DNA from: Stegostoma tigrinum
Lineage: Eukaryota
DNA: 64,000 bases
Assembly (NCBI RefSeq): GCF_030684315.1
Contig: NC_081359.1
Coordinates: 92,846,838 to 92,910,837, forward strand
Reading direction: 5' to 3'
Positions within the stretch are counted from its first letter, which is position 1. The number at the start of each line of letters is the position of its first letter. Of the stretch, positions 62,835 to 64,000 are shown in pieces. The notes beneath the pieces are model-generated. The model did no database searches and had not been told where the DNA came from. It saw only the letters and a list, made by a program, of their open reading frames with translations. The position numbers were made by a program, and so were the translations under genes.

Positions 62835-63660
62835 AGATGATGATCGTTAGATGCCATTTCTGCCACCTCCAGCAAGATGCCGCCACCACCAGACACACAT
62901 TCCCCTTTCCTCCCTTGTCCACCTTCCACAGGGACCGTTCCCTCCATTTCCTTCACCCCCAATACCTCCCCACAGCCCTGTGGACCTTCCCCTGTAACTG
63001 GCAAAGGTGCAAAACCTGTTCATTTACCTCCTCCCTCCTCAGTATCCAAGGGTCCAAACATACCTTCCAGTTGATGCAACACTTCACCTGCCCTTGCCAG
63101 AATCAGGTCAACTGCATTTGTTGCTCACAAAGTGGTCTCCTCTACACTGGGGAAACGAAGTGTAGACTTGGTGACCACTTTGTAGAACATCTACATTCTA
63201 CCCGCAGAAAAGACCCTGAACTACCTGTTGCCTGCCACTTCGATGCACCCCCCTGCTCCCTGGCCAACATCTCTATCTCTGGCTTGCTACAGTGTTCCAG
63301 TGAAGCCCAGCGCAAGCTGGAGGAACAACACCTCATTTTCCGTTTGGGGACCCTACAGCCCTCAGGACTGAACATTTGAGTTCAATAATTTTAGGGCTTA
63401 AACTCTCCCATGTCCCAGCAACCCCCCCCCCCCCCCCCCACACCTCACACACCTTGTTACCACATAGCCTGCCATTACACCCCTTGTTGTTAGTCACTAA
63501 CAGTCCCCATTAACAACTGTTCACCCTCCCAGCCTGATTGTTAGCAACTCCTTTGTCTGCCCAACTGTCTTTCCGTCTCTTCGGACTCTATCCTATCGTT
63601 TACTCCCTACTCCACTCACCTCCCTCTTTTTCTGCATATAAACTGATGTTTTCCCTGACA
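62835..63660 (+). mobile_element. Penelope-like element fragment (GIY-YIG endonuclease and 3' UTR, family C)
   Basis: ORF 62837-63379: FPCNWQRCKTC, CSQSGLLYTGETKCRLGDHFVEHL, PVACHF, RKLEEQHLIFRLGTLQPSGLNI. Confidence 0.88.
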
Positions 63661-63679
63661 CTTTTTTTTTCTTTTTATA

Positions 63680-63960
63680 ACCTACAGTGTGGAAACAGGC
63701 CCTTCGGCCTAACAAGCCCACACCACCACTTGAAGCTTCCCACCCAGACCAATTCCCCTATAACCCAAATACCCCTGAATGCTACGGGCAATTTGGCATG
63801 GCCAATCCACTTAGCCTGCACATTTTTGGACTGTGGGAGGAAACCGGCGCAAACCCACGCAGACACAGGGAGAATGTGCAAACTCCACACAGACAGTCAC
63901 CCGAGGCTGGAATCGAACCCGGGTCCCTGGCGCTGCGAGGCTGCAGTGCTAACCAGCGAG
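63680..63960 (-). mobile_element. HE1-like V-SINE
   Basis: Reverse complement of the 44934 copy. Confidence 0.88.
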
Positions 63961-64000
63961 CTCTTTTACCCTTCTCCTTTTGCTTATTCTCAAAAAGAAA

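Overview
Eukaryotic, vertebrate-type genomic DNA, most likely a shark or other elasmobranch (inferred from HE1-like V-SINEs, CR1 LINEs, Deu-domain SINEs and the Penelope families present). The only host gene I can support is the 5' part of a + strand, intron-rich CRACDL (KIAA1211L)-like gene. Six coding exons (27457-27520, 37067-37232, 42473-42611, 49216-49377, 54079-54147, 61783-62037) splice in frame with AG/GT sites, and the gene continues past the window end. The rest is intronic or upstream DNA full of retroelements: CR1, L2, Rex1/Babar, a decayed Gypsy with solo LTRs, SINEs, Harbinger relics and Penelope-like elements (PLEs). The most unusual signal is a population of short PLE-derived inserts from at least three families that carry minimal hammerhead-ribozyme motifs (CTGANGA-stem-GAAAC-GTC). 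They repeatedly integrate as fold-back palindromes flanked by roughly 9-16 bp target-site duplications (TSDs). One has its centre replaced by a 333-bp near-perfect copy of neighbouring genomic DNA. Another is a 210-bp-arm palindrome of an internally deleted, terminally redundant mini-element. Repeat boundaries are approximate (read by eye); exon, TSD and arm coordinates were counted.
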